From: Tubulanus polymorphus
Taxonomy: Eukaryota; Animalia; Nemertea
Length of the DNA stretch: 64,000 nucleotides
Assembly (NCBI RefSeq): GCF_964204645.1
Contig: NC_134033.1
Location: forward strand, 10,858,655 to 10,922,654
Reading direction: 5' to 3'
The notes under the pieces are model-generated. The model saw nothing but the letters and a program-made list of their open reading frames with translations, was not told the origin of the DNA and made no database searches. How positions within the stretch are numbered: the first letter of the stretch is position 1; each line of letters begins with the position of its first letter. The translations under genes and the position numbers were made by a program. Positions 33,826 to 48,108 of this stretch are shown in pieces.

Positions 33826-35105
33826 TAAAGTATTGAAATATTTTGTAGTTTGAAGTGAATTTGTTAATGTTCAGAAGATATGGAAACAAATCGTGATGCT
33901 ATTTTGATTTATATCAGACTTTAGCCAATTATTAGCCTGTATTATTTATTGTATTATGAATCATGAATTTTCAGCTCAGTTCTTTCTCTCAAACCAATCA
34001 CATCGTAGGATGAAATTCTCCGACCATTCAGATTGCGAGTTGAAATTCCTCGACGACGAATCATGTTTCGAGGTGAAATTCTCGATCTAATCAGATTGGA
34101 GGACGATGTTCCTCCTGTGACCAAGCTACAGAATGTACCAAGATTTTTTTGTCCGGGAAGAGAGAATTGAGCTTCTCAGAATTTTTACGCATCAATACTA
34201 TGAATTGTTTGTTAAAGTGATTAGGTGTTAAATAATTACTGTATTATGAGATGTTTGAGGAATGTTTACGATGTTAATGAATCCTGTCGAATGCTTCTAA
34301 GAATGCATTTTGGTTCTAGAAATTAATGCAAATAACAATCAGCCGCCTGCTACCACCAGCCCAGATATTTAACAATTAATTTATTGTGTAAAGAATCATG
34401 GACACTTGTAACCAAGACTAGAATTGCGGTAGGTAAAAGCTGATAAATCGAGATTTCAAGATGACCAGAAGTTCCACTTGATAAATTCGCTTTGATGTGA
34501 GGTGAGGTCCTGAATACTAATCAATAATTAGAAGCGGTGGATCCAGGCTGCGGATTGTATGATTAGTGTTAGAATAGAATAGTAGTTTTTGGATGTAAAC
34601 AGAAAATGTACCGACGTAATATGTAAATCAACTTGACCTGTACGAAGTGGTTTACTGAACGTGGTCGATTGAAAGTTAGGACCTGTCTCTTTTCTTGATC
34701 AAAAGATAGTTTCATGAAATGATCTATCATTATTTTCCGCTTGTTGAAATATGTAAGAAAAAGTATTTAAAGGCATTTTATCCTTTTGTTTCGTTCTTTC
34801 ATGTTTTCATTGCAATTGATATTTGCATGATTCGAGATTTTTTTTTTTGAATGAAAAAGTTTAGGTCGGTTATAGGCCTAGAAGAAGAATCATTCATCGT
34901 GGTTTTTTCCATTTTTTACTCAAAGACAACTAAACATTATGTAAATCTAATATTTATTTTTATTGCGATCATGATAGAATGAGACGTATTGAAAGGATGT
35001 ATTGTTTTTATCATAGGATGATTTTAATGGTTTTACTACTGTATTCTCCACCTGACTCGGTAGCGTTGGGCTCTTGATATTTCAACCGTTTTTAAAGTTG
35101 TTGAA

Positions 35106-35111
35106 AATAAA
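35106..35111 (+). terminator. Candidate MSL2 polyadenylation signal
   Basis: AATAAA followed ~15 nt later by a GT-rich tract; position is plausible only. Confidence 0.35.
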
Positions 35112-36854
35112 ACAGTTTTCCAAATCAGTGTTTAGTTAAATTCTCAACTTGAGGCAGTTTACCGAGCTCACCGCGACTATGTTTTGATGGAGTGTAGTGT
35201 AGGCCTGTATTTTATTGCTTTCTTAAAGTTGTTTGCCAATATTGCGAGCTGCAAGTAAAACAAACAAAGATATTCGAATTTGATAGTTCTAATGTTCTTG
35301 AGGTAGACCTTCAAAATGTCCTCATCTATTTTCATGATCTACATTATTCTGTAGATTGCTCTAAAAATTTGGCACTTTATAAACAGAAAGTTCAGTCTAA
35401 ACCCTGTTATTCGTCGCGTACAGTTGACAGCAGAGGATGTAATAGAATAACAGCTTTGGGTGCAAGAACCTCATAACCTAATTTCCACTAGATGGCAAAC
35501 TAGTCAAACGTGGCTGCTTCAACTTCATCAGTGAGTGTCTTACAGTTGTGTATACGCGCTAGAACTCATAGGGACAGCTAATCAAATTGAAAAAAGGCAA
35601 AAATTTGTACTTCAAGTAGAATTCATAATTAGAAAACATTATTAGCCTTGAAAGGGTTTAATCTGGATCATTTGGGTTCAATATAATTAATCCAGTTTTA
35701 TGCAGCAATTTTTTTTAGATTTGTACATCGGGTCTCACATGACCTGAGTTCTTGAGACTGATCTGAACAGCGATGTACACATCACATGAAAAAACTGAGT
35801 TCTGCTGATGTTTGCTCAAATGATCAAACATTTTATCGGTTGTTAAATTAAGCATTGAATCGTCGCAGTTGAATTATGTATTTATTTATTCATATAATGA
35901 TTAATTTATTTTCATCTTAAAGTAAAGTTAAATTATTTACATTTGGGAGCTGAAATGCTGTAGTCTTTATTTATTTATTGGCTCCATTAGATACATGTAG
36001 CATTTTCATTAATCGTCACTAGATTTCTATTTCTACCCCACTTGGGACTTAAGTTACAGCAGGCTATTGTGTACTCTCTTTTCATCCATTGACTGCTCTT
36101 TCAGTGTATTTGACTCCTAAGAATCCCACAGTTCCAGTTCCTTAATTCCGAATCAAAATTTTTCTTGCAAGTTTTTTCATCAAAAATGGCCTCGTGGTCA
36201 CTTGAATTGGTTTAAAGAATTATATTTTCACAGTACCTTGGGCCCATTTTCAAGGATTTTTCCAAAGATGTTCCCACAGTTAATGAAAATGTGCTTTTGT
36301 TCCAGCTTACCCACAGTTGCCATTGATTTCATATTTTTAAATGAGGACAAATATTTCGTGCTCACAATCTAACTTAGTATCTTGTTTCAATCATGAAAAA
36401 ATGATACTAATTTTTGGTTCACTCGAATTATCAATTAGTCTATATTTTCAATAAAGGTGTAATAATCTAAACGAAAGCTTAAATTTTTCATGAAAATAAA
36501 ACTGGACCCAGGGCTATATCTTAAATGACTAAATTTTTTTTGTTACAAGCTTCTTGGTCTCAGCAATTTTGTGAAAGCCTTCAGCCAAGAAATTAAGTTT
36601 TCATTGGGTGTTCTACGTATTAGTTTGTGCACATGTTATTTTGATTGGAGTCATGATTTAAAGAATATGGGTGTGCTTTTAAAAGTTGATAATATTCATG
36701 AATTGATTGTGTGCTAAATGTGTTTAAAAAAACTGTCAAATGTAAATATAATGAAGATTGATTTAATGTGTAAAAGTGAAAGTAATAGAAGTGCTTAGAA
36801 AATCTATTTTTCCATGTTTTTGTTGTTTTTTTCGCGGGACCCAGCAGGATTTAA

Positions 36855-37153
36855 GGCGTTTTTATTTAAGCAACTCGAATCAACACGGATCAAATCGTCC
36901 ATTTAAGCAACGCGCCTACAACGATTTGCCTACAATGTCCATTATTTAACCAAATCGCTTTGATTCGATTTGCTACGACAGTGGAGCGTTCGGTGATAGA
37001 TCAAAAACAAAATGGCGGCTTTTTCAATCACAGAAAATTCAGGTTCCGGTCGTGGAGAGTAGGGTCATTTATTTAAGGCGATTCGATTTGTACCACGTGA
37101 CAGTAATCGACGGAACAAAGCGATTTTATACGAGTTGCTTAAATAAAAACGCC
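36855..37153. mobile_element. MITE with ~24-bp TIRs (GGCGTTTTTATTTAAGCAACTCG), PIF/Harbinger-like
   Basis: Perfect TIRs; internal AAAATGGCGGC (YY1-type motif) at ~37010-37019. Confidence 0.85.
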
Positions 37154-37239
37154 TATGGTTACACAGAGAAATCCTAAACCATGGACACTAAAATTTGTTT
37201 TGGAGGCCATGCCTAAAATTAATAGGCCCTGTGGACTAC

Positions 37240-37593
37240 GATTTTGGGTTTGCGCGACACTAGCGCTTCTGTCTGTCATGCGCAATTGTTTGTCAGGATT
37301 CTGAACTCAAAACGAACCACTCAAGAGTGCTACATCCTCCCTCGGCACGGATTCGAACGTGATGGCATCGCGACTCGCACCGCGCGGAGGATGAGCCCGC
37401 TGCTGGAGACGATAAGGCGTGATCGCAACGGGATGCATCCGACTCTGGCAAGCGAGGATGTACTGCGATACGGAATTGTTTGTTTGACGATAGATGGCGA
37501 ATGCGCGCGAGAATGGCTGCAGCAGCTCTAAGACACGCAAAACCCGCATCACTGGACGTGGAAAAATCGACTGTTTTCAGCGTCTATAGGAAG
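37240..37593 (+). promoter_or_regulatory. CpG-rich candidate non-coding first exon ending in a splice donor
   Basis: GC/CpG well above background; AAG|GTAACC at 37593/37594; no convincing ORF. Confidence 0.4.
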
Positions 37594-40500
37594 GTAACCG
37601 ATGTTTAGATGTGTCAATTCGACGCGTATTTCATTTTCCGTCGTTGGTTACTTATGACATCGTGCTGACATTGCTTTTTGTCGTTCTTATCGACGGTCAA
37701 ATTAATTTTTCACCCTTGCTGGATGGATGCATCTGTTCGCGGTACCAGGGGCCGCACCTTTCAGCAGGTACGAATCCCAAATTATTAATCTTCCATAGCT
37801 GATGACACGCGGCGTGCGAGCAATATGTGTAATGTCTGTGAATAACGTGCAATAAATAGACTTAGTGCAGGGCCTAGCATTCACTCAATTGTGAAGACAA
37901 TAATTTACCTTGCCTCTCTCAAAACAATGTCAATTGACCCTTGTAAATGCAAATTACCGTGGGCCCTATTGGGACGAATGTTGTTCAAGTAACTCTTTAA
38001 TTCAAATTTTACACATGATAAGATTGTCAACTGTCGTCCCTCCTTTTAACTCTTTTGTAGGGCCTACCTAACTATGCCCAACTTTTATCCTGTTAAAGTT
38101 TCTCGACATTTTATACAGCATCTCGTGCTCTGGTATTAACAAATCAAATGTAGTAGTAGGCTGAAACCATTCGATCAATCAGAAAAAGGATTTTTTCCCC
38201 GGGACTCAGTCAAAATTGTTTTCTGTTGCATTGATTTGATACTTTATAAAATACTCTAAGGGCTTTTGATGTGACTGCAGAAATCCTGATTTGGATTCGG
38301 AGATAATTAAAATCAACTGATTGTTATTGATCAAGGTTTTAATACTTGAAAAACATATTCTTACACATATGAACAGATTACTAAGATTTTAACATCTTTC
38401 TGACTTCAGTATGAAGGATAGGCCTATTTTGGCGAGGGGGCGCTCTAGCACCCAAAGCTTTCACGTACTGGTCCTGTAAGCTATAACTCCCGCTCTAAGA
38501 GGCCTTGGAAAAATTTGGAAAGGAAGGAGCGTGTAGTAATGATAATTAGCAAAATCAATGACATTTTCCTATTTTCAATTACTTCTTTTCTTTGGTTTGT
38601 TTAGATTAGCATTTACGAGTAAGCCTAGTCTGATAATTATACGTAGCACGTCCACCTGAGAGCAGATTATTATAAAAAACGATTTAAAGCCTTAAGTAAA
38701 ATTGATAATGCGCTTTTAACAGTCTTTCTTGATTTGATCTAAATCATCTCCACGAATATGATATAATTGATATAATTATTATCGAAGAGAGCAGTTTGAA
38801 CCGTACCTGAATTTTTCTCATCAATTTTCGACGACATTTCGGTGACGATGTCATCATTAATTTTGTTAATTACCGATCTGCGCGGGCGCGGGATACGTGT
38901 GTACTCGCCGTACCAACGCGGCTTACAACCATATTTACACTGTATTACGTTTCAATCGAAAAATATGACGGATGGCCACCGCCCCGACGAACCAGACAGC
39001 GATCGGGAGCGAGGAGAGCGGGAGCAGGCGAGACGGATCAAATTTCATCGTCGTCGGTGAAGAACAAAGCCGCGACAAATTTGTTTTAATAGCGTATTCG
39101 ATGACAAAGTGGTGAATAATGCGATTTCTATTTTCAATCATCGGAATAATTCCGACACGCATCGAACGTATTAATCATCTCATAATTGTGTCTTCTTTGG
39201 TTTCATCATCGCGACTACTGTGTCTACATTCTTTACAAAAAAATACAATATACAATACTTAAAAGGCGAGGAAAAAAGCAATGGGCGTAGCCATATTTCT
39301 AGAATATTTCTAGAATATTTCTATCTGTAGAGGAAAATAGTTAGTAGGTTAGTTGAAAAATACCATCTTGAAATTTACCATGAATTTTGATACTAAGATT
39401 TTACAAATCAGTCAAATGCAGTGAACGTGGCCTTTTTAAGTAAGACCAGGGAGTGTGACCAGGCAGTGCTTTTAAACACTTCGTACACAGAAGCTTAATC
39501 AATTTTTTAAACATTTTCCATTACCCTTAGTTTAGTTACAATTATTTATTTACAATTAGTTTCTTCACTGGTTGAATTACTATTGCCTTTTTCCGTGGGC
39601 ACCTTATAAATATTCCTTGCCAGTGTGGTTTAGGAACTGAGGACCCTGTCCATTGGATTCTTCTTGTAATGTAATGACCTCAGTGTCGCAGGCTTCATGG
39701 CATGCACAGCTAGTTGAAAATATTGTTGTATAAATATTTGTTAATTCCTTAAGCATCAGCCTCCTCCTTTAGCAGGGATTCACACTTGGTGGCATCACCA
39801 GACTCAGTCAGGGCACGAACGTGTGCCTGAATAACCCGATTGAGCCGGGGGGGGGGGGGGGTTACATGCCGACAGTTGATTCTGTTGCCAATGATTGTGA
39901 CAGAGAAACAAATGGCCGTAGTTCATATCAAGCTATGAGGTGCTGGAAATTAAGTGCAGTTGGGGGCAAGCTTCTCGGCCATAGTCGGCTTCTATAGCCC
40001 GAAATTAGGCTACCAAGGGTTTGTCCATAGGTTGGATTATTTTCATATGTTGGAAAAAGCAATGCCCAAGTCTAATACTGCTGCGTGCCAGTAAGTGAAA
40101 TTAGTTTTGTAGTATTTGGTATTTGAACTTCACGTACCTATCCGAGTATGTAAAAAAAAACATTCGTCTGTGACTCACAATATGCTACGATAGCTCGTTC
40201 TAAGTAGAAAATCTTTGATGAAAAAAATTGAACGTATAAACAATAAAAACGTTTTGAAAAATAAGTTTAAAGGGTGACTTGTTGAATGATAGGCAGACGT
40301 GCTTGTTGTGAAAGTCTCTATACGTGTAGATATCTCGATTTCTTATGCAAATTGTATATTCCGATGAATTCTGGGTAGCGATTACTCATAATTCGGCACG
40401 ATTATTCTCAAGTTTCATCCTCCGAAAAATTTATTCCTTCAGTCGGCGGAACTAGGAATAAAAACTTAAGATTTCAAAGGTTAGTTACGTCTTTTTAGCA

Positions 40501-40947
40501 AGGTGCCAAAGTGAATGGCGGATATATATCTTACGGATGGGGCACTGTAAATTTTGTTGTCTATACCTGACACTTGAAAAATAGATATTTAGGGAAACTG
40601 ACACTTTTTTCATGGCATTAACTATCGTAAGTTTTAGTATAGTATAATATAGTATACATTAATGATTCATTAGTCCTTGTTTCATTCAGTGTTCATCAGT
40701 TATAAGAATGCAACATGCAGGGCAAAAGCTCATTGTCTTAATGAGTTATATTTATAAAACATACGGTGACCGTCAATTAGCTCAGATTTTATCTAGTCTA
40801 TTTTTGAATGGTTTTAGTTAACAAACTAATTCTATTATGTCCGCACAGGTTTTTTATAAAGATGTCCCATAGTATATAGAGTATATAATCATGTTTTGAA
40901 GCTGTTTTTATATACTTTATAAATATTCGTGTAAAGAATGTATATGT

Positions 40948-41020
40948 GTGGACCAGTCTGAATCATGTGTATATGTGGACCAGTCTGAATCATCATGTGT
41001 AAACTGTGGACCAGTCTGAA
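40948..41020. repeat. Short tandem repeat (TGTGGACCAGTCTGAA core) x3
   Basis: Direct repeats visible. Confidence 0.8.
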
Positions 41021-44000
41021 GGCATATTTATTGAAAGGGGGTGTTTGAGTATTAGGGGTATTAAATCGTCCAACATTTTTCATGAATGCTGCTTCAGTTG
41101 TGTTTAAAGGTTTTATCCTAGAAGGTTAAATTTAACTAAAGGTTAAATTTAAATAACTAGTTTTGTTTTGAAAATGACTTATTGCAAGTTGAAAGTTTTT
41201 CTGGACAGTTTTCATCATGGATCTGTCATTGTGTCATCTTTGAAACTGTCATTGTGTTATCTTTGGAACCGTCGTTGTGTCATCATTTCTTGAATAGATT
41301 ATGTTAAACATACAGATAGATGAAAGCGAACGAGAGGGCGTAGGCCTATCGTACCAGTCTCCCTCGATTATTCACCACCCTTGACGGTCGATGAAATATT
41401 TCGACCAGCAATTCGTGAATTATTACGTTTACAGTAAAAAATATGAGTAACCGTTGGTTCCAAATGACAAATCTCCTCATTTTATAATTGAAACTAGTCA
41501 TAGCTTTGTTAAGCTGGGCTTTGGTCTTCCATATCTTCTATTTCAGAATTTTTTCAAGCTCATGAATATATGAAGTAGTTAATGGGTGCAAATGTCATCT
41601 TCTTGCGGACCACGTTTGAAATCTGATAGTCTGGTAGCCTATATGTATATTAAATATTAGTTTTGAGATGAGATTCTGTTCACGTCTCCTCGAGTCAATG
41701 AATTATGCATATGGTACTAAAAGAAGCAATGACGCGCTGGACGGCTGGACTTTCCTCTATCTGTGCTGGTCGATAAATCGTGACCTTGGTCTGGGCTTCC
41801 TTTCAAATATTGGCGACGAGCACTTCATGGAATATGCTTAATTGTGGATGAAAAAAACAAGAAAAAAAACAAACAAACCAATAATCTGGTCTCCTGATAT
41901 TTCCTCAATAGGTAGAGCAAAACTTCATGAAGATTATGAATTTTTCAAAGAAAACTTTTGATTTTCTGTTACCACGGATGTTCTACAGGTAACTGTTCGT
42001 TTATAGCAGTTTCTTGTCTCCCTGAAGTTTCAACCCAGCAATAATTCAATAATTTGATTTAACAGCAAACTATCATAAGCAAATGATTTCTGGGTTCCCC
42101 GAAGAACCAGATTCCATTGTATGAAAAGGCTGAGAAATATTTTTGATAATCTCATTGTTGTCAAGTTTATTAAATATGCTAGAACTGGTCCTAGTTGCCG
42201 CGACCTAGTTGTCTGATTTGATTGTTGCTGATGTTGACATGAAGAGGAGTCGGGATGTGGGAAGGTGATCTCTGCTGGGTTGGTTTGTTTATTCCCGGAG
42301 CACTTCATCCTAATCGAGTTAATACTAATAAAATCAGTATTCCGGATCGGACAGCAGACGCCTGCATTTTAGTAACTTGTCCCATCAACCGATAGACTGT
42401 TAACAACGATGACTCGTCTCTTGAGAGAAAAAACAACTTCCATATTTTTTCTCTGAGTATTTTCAAGCATCTAGTGATGGATTTTAGAGGTGAAATGTAT
42501 TATTGATGAGGTATTTGACTTCCGACCGTATTGCCCTATGCCTGGATACATACCTAGGCCTGGATATATACCTAGGGCTAAATTCTGGGTGATTTATTTT
42601 CCTCAGCGGCAATAGATCTTGAAAAACACCACATTTGTATTGCCGAAATGGCGAGTACGTACCAGAGGCTCGACGCAAAATGGAAGGGAGATAATCTTCA
42701 AGATCTAAGATCATATTTGTTGCATTTGCCTAAATAGCTTTAGTGTTGCTAGAGTTTTGAAGGGCCTTGGAAATCTAGACCATTGACCAATACAATAATT
42801 ATGGTCCGGGTCAGTCATTGGTTCCAATCTGACATGAATTTTGACAGTGTGACAGCTTAATAAACAGAAAGAGGCCTTTACAGCATTTTTATAACGTGCT
42901 TGTAGGATATTATAGGTGTATATAAGTGTTGTGACCTTGTGGTCTCTTTACTGATCCCATAAAACCTTTCATTCCCATAAATGCTCAAAGCCTCATTAGT
43001 GGTCGAAGCCTCATTAGTGGTCGGTTGCATTTTCGGTTTTTCCTAGTTGTATGATATGTACGGTAAAACCAAAAAAACCGTCTGTCCAGAAATGAGGTGT
43101 TAAGTTTATTTATATAGATGAGAGATGTAAGGAGTAGCCGTGAAGGAGGCTTAGAGGAATTGTCTGGGGGACTAAGCCGGTGATTTATAGTCAGACCATG
43201 AACGTGAGGCACAATAAAAATGCAGGTCATCTCGCTACGGGCGGCGGTGTATCAGACAGTTTTTATCACTTCCTAACAGCGAATGTTTACTGACCACTTG
43301 GCGCGAGTCAGCTCGTGAAAAATGGGCAATTTCCTGCTGCGCGGCGTGCTATGGCTGCCACCACTTCCAACTTGCAATTATTATTATGGACCTACGGATC
43401 GATTTGAAATAGGTCATTAGGCACATAACCTTGTGTGCCTCCATCAGGCATTGGGTGAGAATTAATAGTATTTTGATGAAGATGTAACACCCGATTTGCC
43501 TGTGGACCCAGTGTTCTGCTGGCATTGGACTGATCGGAAACTTCACAGAAAGATGTGGGTCCAGTTTCACGGTTTAATTTGACTCGAGCCTGCTCCCGCT
43601 GGGGTTTATTTGACTCCTTAGTTAGTTCCACAGTTCTGTGACTAGATCCAGAAAGTTGTAGGTTTAGTTTGATTCAGCACCCTGTTTATAATAATAATAT
43701 AATAATAATAATAAGTTTATTTCTTCACTAAAGAGATACAATACAGAAATACAGTCATCACTATTACATAAAAGAAAAGTTACAGAAAGTACTTCTACAC
43801 TGTAAAGCGTAGTAAAGAAAAAGGACAAAAAGGGACCCCAAAGGGGGGTATACTTTGGCAGTTGAGGTCTAATTAAATTCAGTATTGGTGGGTTTAATTT
43901 TACTATACAGCAAGAAAGTTGAATGTCTTTAACCTATCTGTGAATGTTGTTGAATGTATAATCATTGTTCTGTCCAATTCAGTACTTATTGATGTTATGT

Positions 44001-44289
44001 AGTGTATGGGAACCACTCAAACCTCACCGACACCTCCAGTCTATTTCTCTAGCTCTAGGGGTTTGTCGGCTACTTCGTTGATTCGAACAGAAAAAGGCAG
44101 TTTTTTCGGTGTCGATGTATTTTCATGATGTGAAGTAGGAATCCGTATAAGACTCTTGTTTTGCCAGTATCAGGTTTCTTCACGGTTGTGGTTGACATTT
44201 TTCAAGTATGTCTACGTAATCATTACGTTTTATTGAGTGATAATTGACCTGAAATATTTGTCACAGCGATATGTCAGCCATTTCTGGTA

Positions 44290-44660
44290 CTTTTCTTTTT
44301 TTTTCTCTGGCTTTCTCTTCATATCCTTCATTTCCTTCCTCTTGTCCACATTCCTCGTAGGTTCCTCCCTTCCCCTCTCTCCAGTTCTACCTCTCTTTCC
44401 TCGTCATTATGTCTCCCTGGCCTCTTCTCCCTTTTCACGTCGCTGCTTTTTCCTCAATTTCTCCATTTTTATCACCTATCACTCCTCTCACTCCCACACT
44501 TCCCTACTCTCTTCTTTCACCTCAACACCATCTTCATTTGTGGCCAACCTTGCCTTTCCATCTCTCCCCTTATATTCTACTACCCTTTTATTCGTAAATC
44601 TCTTGCACATTTTTTCTTCATCCTCTCAATCGTTTTATCTTCTCTGCGATTATGTAGACT
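44290..44660. repeat. Pyrimidine-rich low-complexity tract
   Basis: C/T-dominated; gives S/F/L-rich pseudo-ORFs. Confidence 0.7.
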
Positions 44661-45798
44661 CAATCTCCTCTTTTTCGTGGGAGCAACTCGACTCCGGACG
44701 TGTTGCATCTTCTCGTGAATTTCAACTTTATCATCGCCATCGGTAACAGGATACATCGGCCGCCGCCGTCGTCGTCGTCACGAGCTCTCGTTCGTAACGA
44801 CAGCAAAATATCGGCGAAAGTGTCTGCGACGATGTAGCTGTTGTTACGAGGTAAGGATGGTCAGCTATGTTGAGTGTGTACTTAACACCGATTTGATGAC
44901 GAGGGTTTTATTAATCCGATACCAATCGTTCTGGCAGTTATCGGACGAAGGAGTGGCTACATTGTACATACCATTGCTAAATATCTTTCTTCGTGTAACC
45001 TGTGAAGTTGATGATATTATCGGGTTGACACCAGTTCGTTTCTTTGATAATAAAAAAAATGGAGGATAGATGTAACTTTGAAAATGTTATGTCACCAGTC
45101 CAAAGTTTTGAGTATAATTCGTTGATAGTTTCAGTTTAATTTGACTCTGGACCAATTAGAGATTCCACAGTTCTGGGGTTAAATTTAATTCTGGATCTAG
45201 CTCAAAAACAATTTTTAAATTTGACTCGAGACCCAGTTCCACAGTTGTGAGTATCATTGAGGGTGCTATTGCTTAAGGTTTCATCATGTTGTCATGCTGT
45301 TTGGGGGGGGGGGTGGAGGTTTACTTCACTGAGCATAATAAGTAATGACACTTCAATGGAGTGTGATGTTCGAAGTAACTATGTATGTTTAGTTTGACTT
45401 CAATTCTATCAATACTGTAATATTTAAACTTAATACTTGTGCCAACGATTAAGATCATTTTCCGTAAAGACAAAGTGAAAATGAAATAGTAACGCCTTAA
45501 GAAATGAATTTTACGCCAAGAGATTCACCCTGTTTGTTTGTAAGTTGTCAAAATCCATCTACAGACCAACGAAATATGATAAAACGCGTGTCACAAATAG
45601 TTTTTAGAAAAGAGAAAGAAATTACGCAAAAATCCATGACAAAAGTACCCTAACAAAATGGCGGCTAATAACTGTAAAACGGTTTATTGAAAAGGATTTA
45701 CATTACAACATATATTCGGCATGTACATCATAAAAAAGAATAGTTTTCCCGTTGAACAAATTTATCTTTTCATCTTTTGTTCTTTCTTCTTGTTTTTG

Positions 45799-45911
<113 letters not shown>

Positions 45912-47108
45912 TTATCGTTATCTATAGCAAGTATTTTTACCCAGGTTGAAAATGTTCTCTACACATTTCTCATCATCTTTCATCATCGTTGCCGATTCCA
46001 ACGAGATGCTGCGTGTGAGACTGACTAGAATTCCTCTCTGCAAAGTGTTTTTGTGCATTGTTCATAATCTGTCTATCTCAGTGTTATCTTTATTTACCTG
46101 CATGCTCCCCTCCCCCGCGCTGTGTCGGAGGCGATGTAGAGATACATCCTCAACAAGTACACAACATTCCCTTCATTTCGTTGTCTGATTTTTTGAGGCG
46201 CAAATGAAAAATATCACATTCAAAGGTCGTTGGCATTTGGAAGCTGAGAGTAGAATTCACCATTGTTCTATAAGCCTCAGCTTTCGTAATCGATCAGACC
46301 TCAGAAAGTCGCTACCATTTTGTCCAGATACAATAGACTCTGCTTACCACAAGTTGTCGCCTACCCCGGAAAAATATTTAAATATTTTCCATTTCAATTA
46401 AAATCATTCAGAGTCACATGGTATAAATAATGCTGCTTTTATATCAAGAAATTCCTCCTCAATGTAGTATAATATAAACTCGAGGTTTCAGAATTCTAAT
46501 CATTTTTGGTTTGGAGAAAATGGAGACTTCGTATCTTTATTCGGAAGAGGCTTTGTATTATGTGTGTTATATAATTTTTGTCAGCGAGTTCCTGACCTGG
46601 ATGTATAGAGCTGAATGCAAGGCTTACATTCAATTGAAAAATATCTTTATTTCATTAACAATCAAAACTACTTTTTCCATATGCTTCAAACAGCGCAACA
46701 ACGGTAGACCGTTCGGCTATACTCTCTTCCAATTGTCTGGAGCAAAAATATTGATAAACACCGTGACAAAGAACAGACTAACTTCAATTCAGTCGTAGTC
46801 ATTCCCTCTTCAACTCACGCCAATGATGCGACTCATACTCGGTCCATTCATTCGTTGATTGGCATCGCAACTTCAAGAATATCTATCACTAGGCAACCGT
46901 TGAAACTTGGCAAAAATGTTTCAATACAAAGCGAACACCTCACTGCCGACCCACCCCGGGTAATACCACCGCATTACTATAACCACTTATACCACTGCAT
47001 TATCATCGGAACACGAAGTTTATGTTTGGTGCATCATCATGTGTTGTTATGTGGCTACAGTAAGTTTGTGATGACCAGGACAGGGCGTTTAATGGTAAGT
47101 CTGATATA

Positions 47109-47222
47109 CTGGACCCAGTTCCACGGTTGTGAGTTAGAGTTAACTGTGAGTTAAAAATAGTTCATTTTCAATGAGTTAACTCAGGGTCAAATCTTAACTC
47201 CGAACTGTGGAACTGGACCCAG
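47109..47222. mobile_element. ~113-bp palindromic mini-MITE (relatives near 14305-14445, 43556-43650, 45147-45250, 59767-59873)
   Basis: CTGGACCCAGTTCCAC...GTGGAACTGGACCCAG with internal complementary arms. Confidence 0.7.
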
Positions 47223-47820
47223 ATGTTTCATTTCAGCTAGTTTAAGACATCTTAGATGTCACAAGAACCAGTTGCTGCGTATTTGAACACTTGTTATAAC
47301 TAGCCCTGTAGCGTTGTCATGAAAGAATGGTTTAACTACCAGTTACGTTACCTTATCTGAGGTTGAAAATTCCACTCAATCTCTTAACATTTGAAATAAC
47401 CATCTTATCCATTTAGACAAAGGGTACAATCTCTTGAAAGAATAAGATTAGTTGCCAAACTGTTCCAAAGTACTTCAGTGCATCTTTTCCTTATGTCATT
47501 ACACCAACTCCAGAAATTTAACGCAGTTTCCATCCCTTTTTTCGATAGGTATTCAACATGCTTGATAGCCAAATCACTGAACTCGTAGCTCGTGTATGCA
47601 GGGATGAAATAGCGTTGGACAAAGTTATAAGTATTTGCCTGATCACATTGACCGTGAATGTTTCGTAGAGACTGAGCTGAAACTGGTTTGGAAGTAGGTT
47701 GAGCTCAAAGCTCTCAATGTGGAGCTGAAATGGTGTTCGAAGAAGCTTCCAGTTGAGCACGTAGTTTATAGACATGGGGCTATAGATTTTTAATTCTCAG
47801 TTGAGAACAATAAAGGTTAA

Positions 47821-48108
47821 CGCTTTCAGTGCTGGCTAATTAATACCCTATAGTGCTGAAGATAATTTTAAAATTCTGAAAAATTCCGCCCTAGTGTGTT
47901 GAATAACAGGAATAGCACTATAGTGTGTCTACACCGCAGTGCAGTGTATCGTTAGTTACTGATATTTCACTATGTTTGACATGTGCTGCCATCTTTCAAG
48001 AGAAATAATTAGTAATTACTAATTAAATCAATACGCCGCAGTGCGGTGTACCAGCAAAATCCATCACCGATTCGTACACCGCACTGCGGTGTATACGCAC
48101 TGAAAGGG
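47821..48108 (-). mobile_element. 288-bp piggyBac-type MITE, TTAA TSD
   Basis: TTAA at 47817-20 and 48109-12; C.CTTTCAGTGC...GCACTGAAAGGG termini; homologous to 33538-33825. Confidence 0.9.

Noticed and set aside
37244-37552. Short ORFs in the CpG-rich island
   Set aside because: No recognisable domain; GC-rich sequence lengthens chance ORFs.
44237-44746. 169-aa hydrophobic ORF as a membrane protein
   Set aside because: Composition is explained by a pyrimidine-rich tract; GTG start; no motifs.
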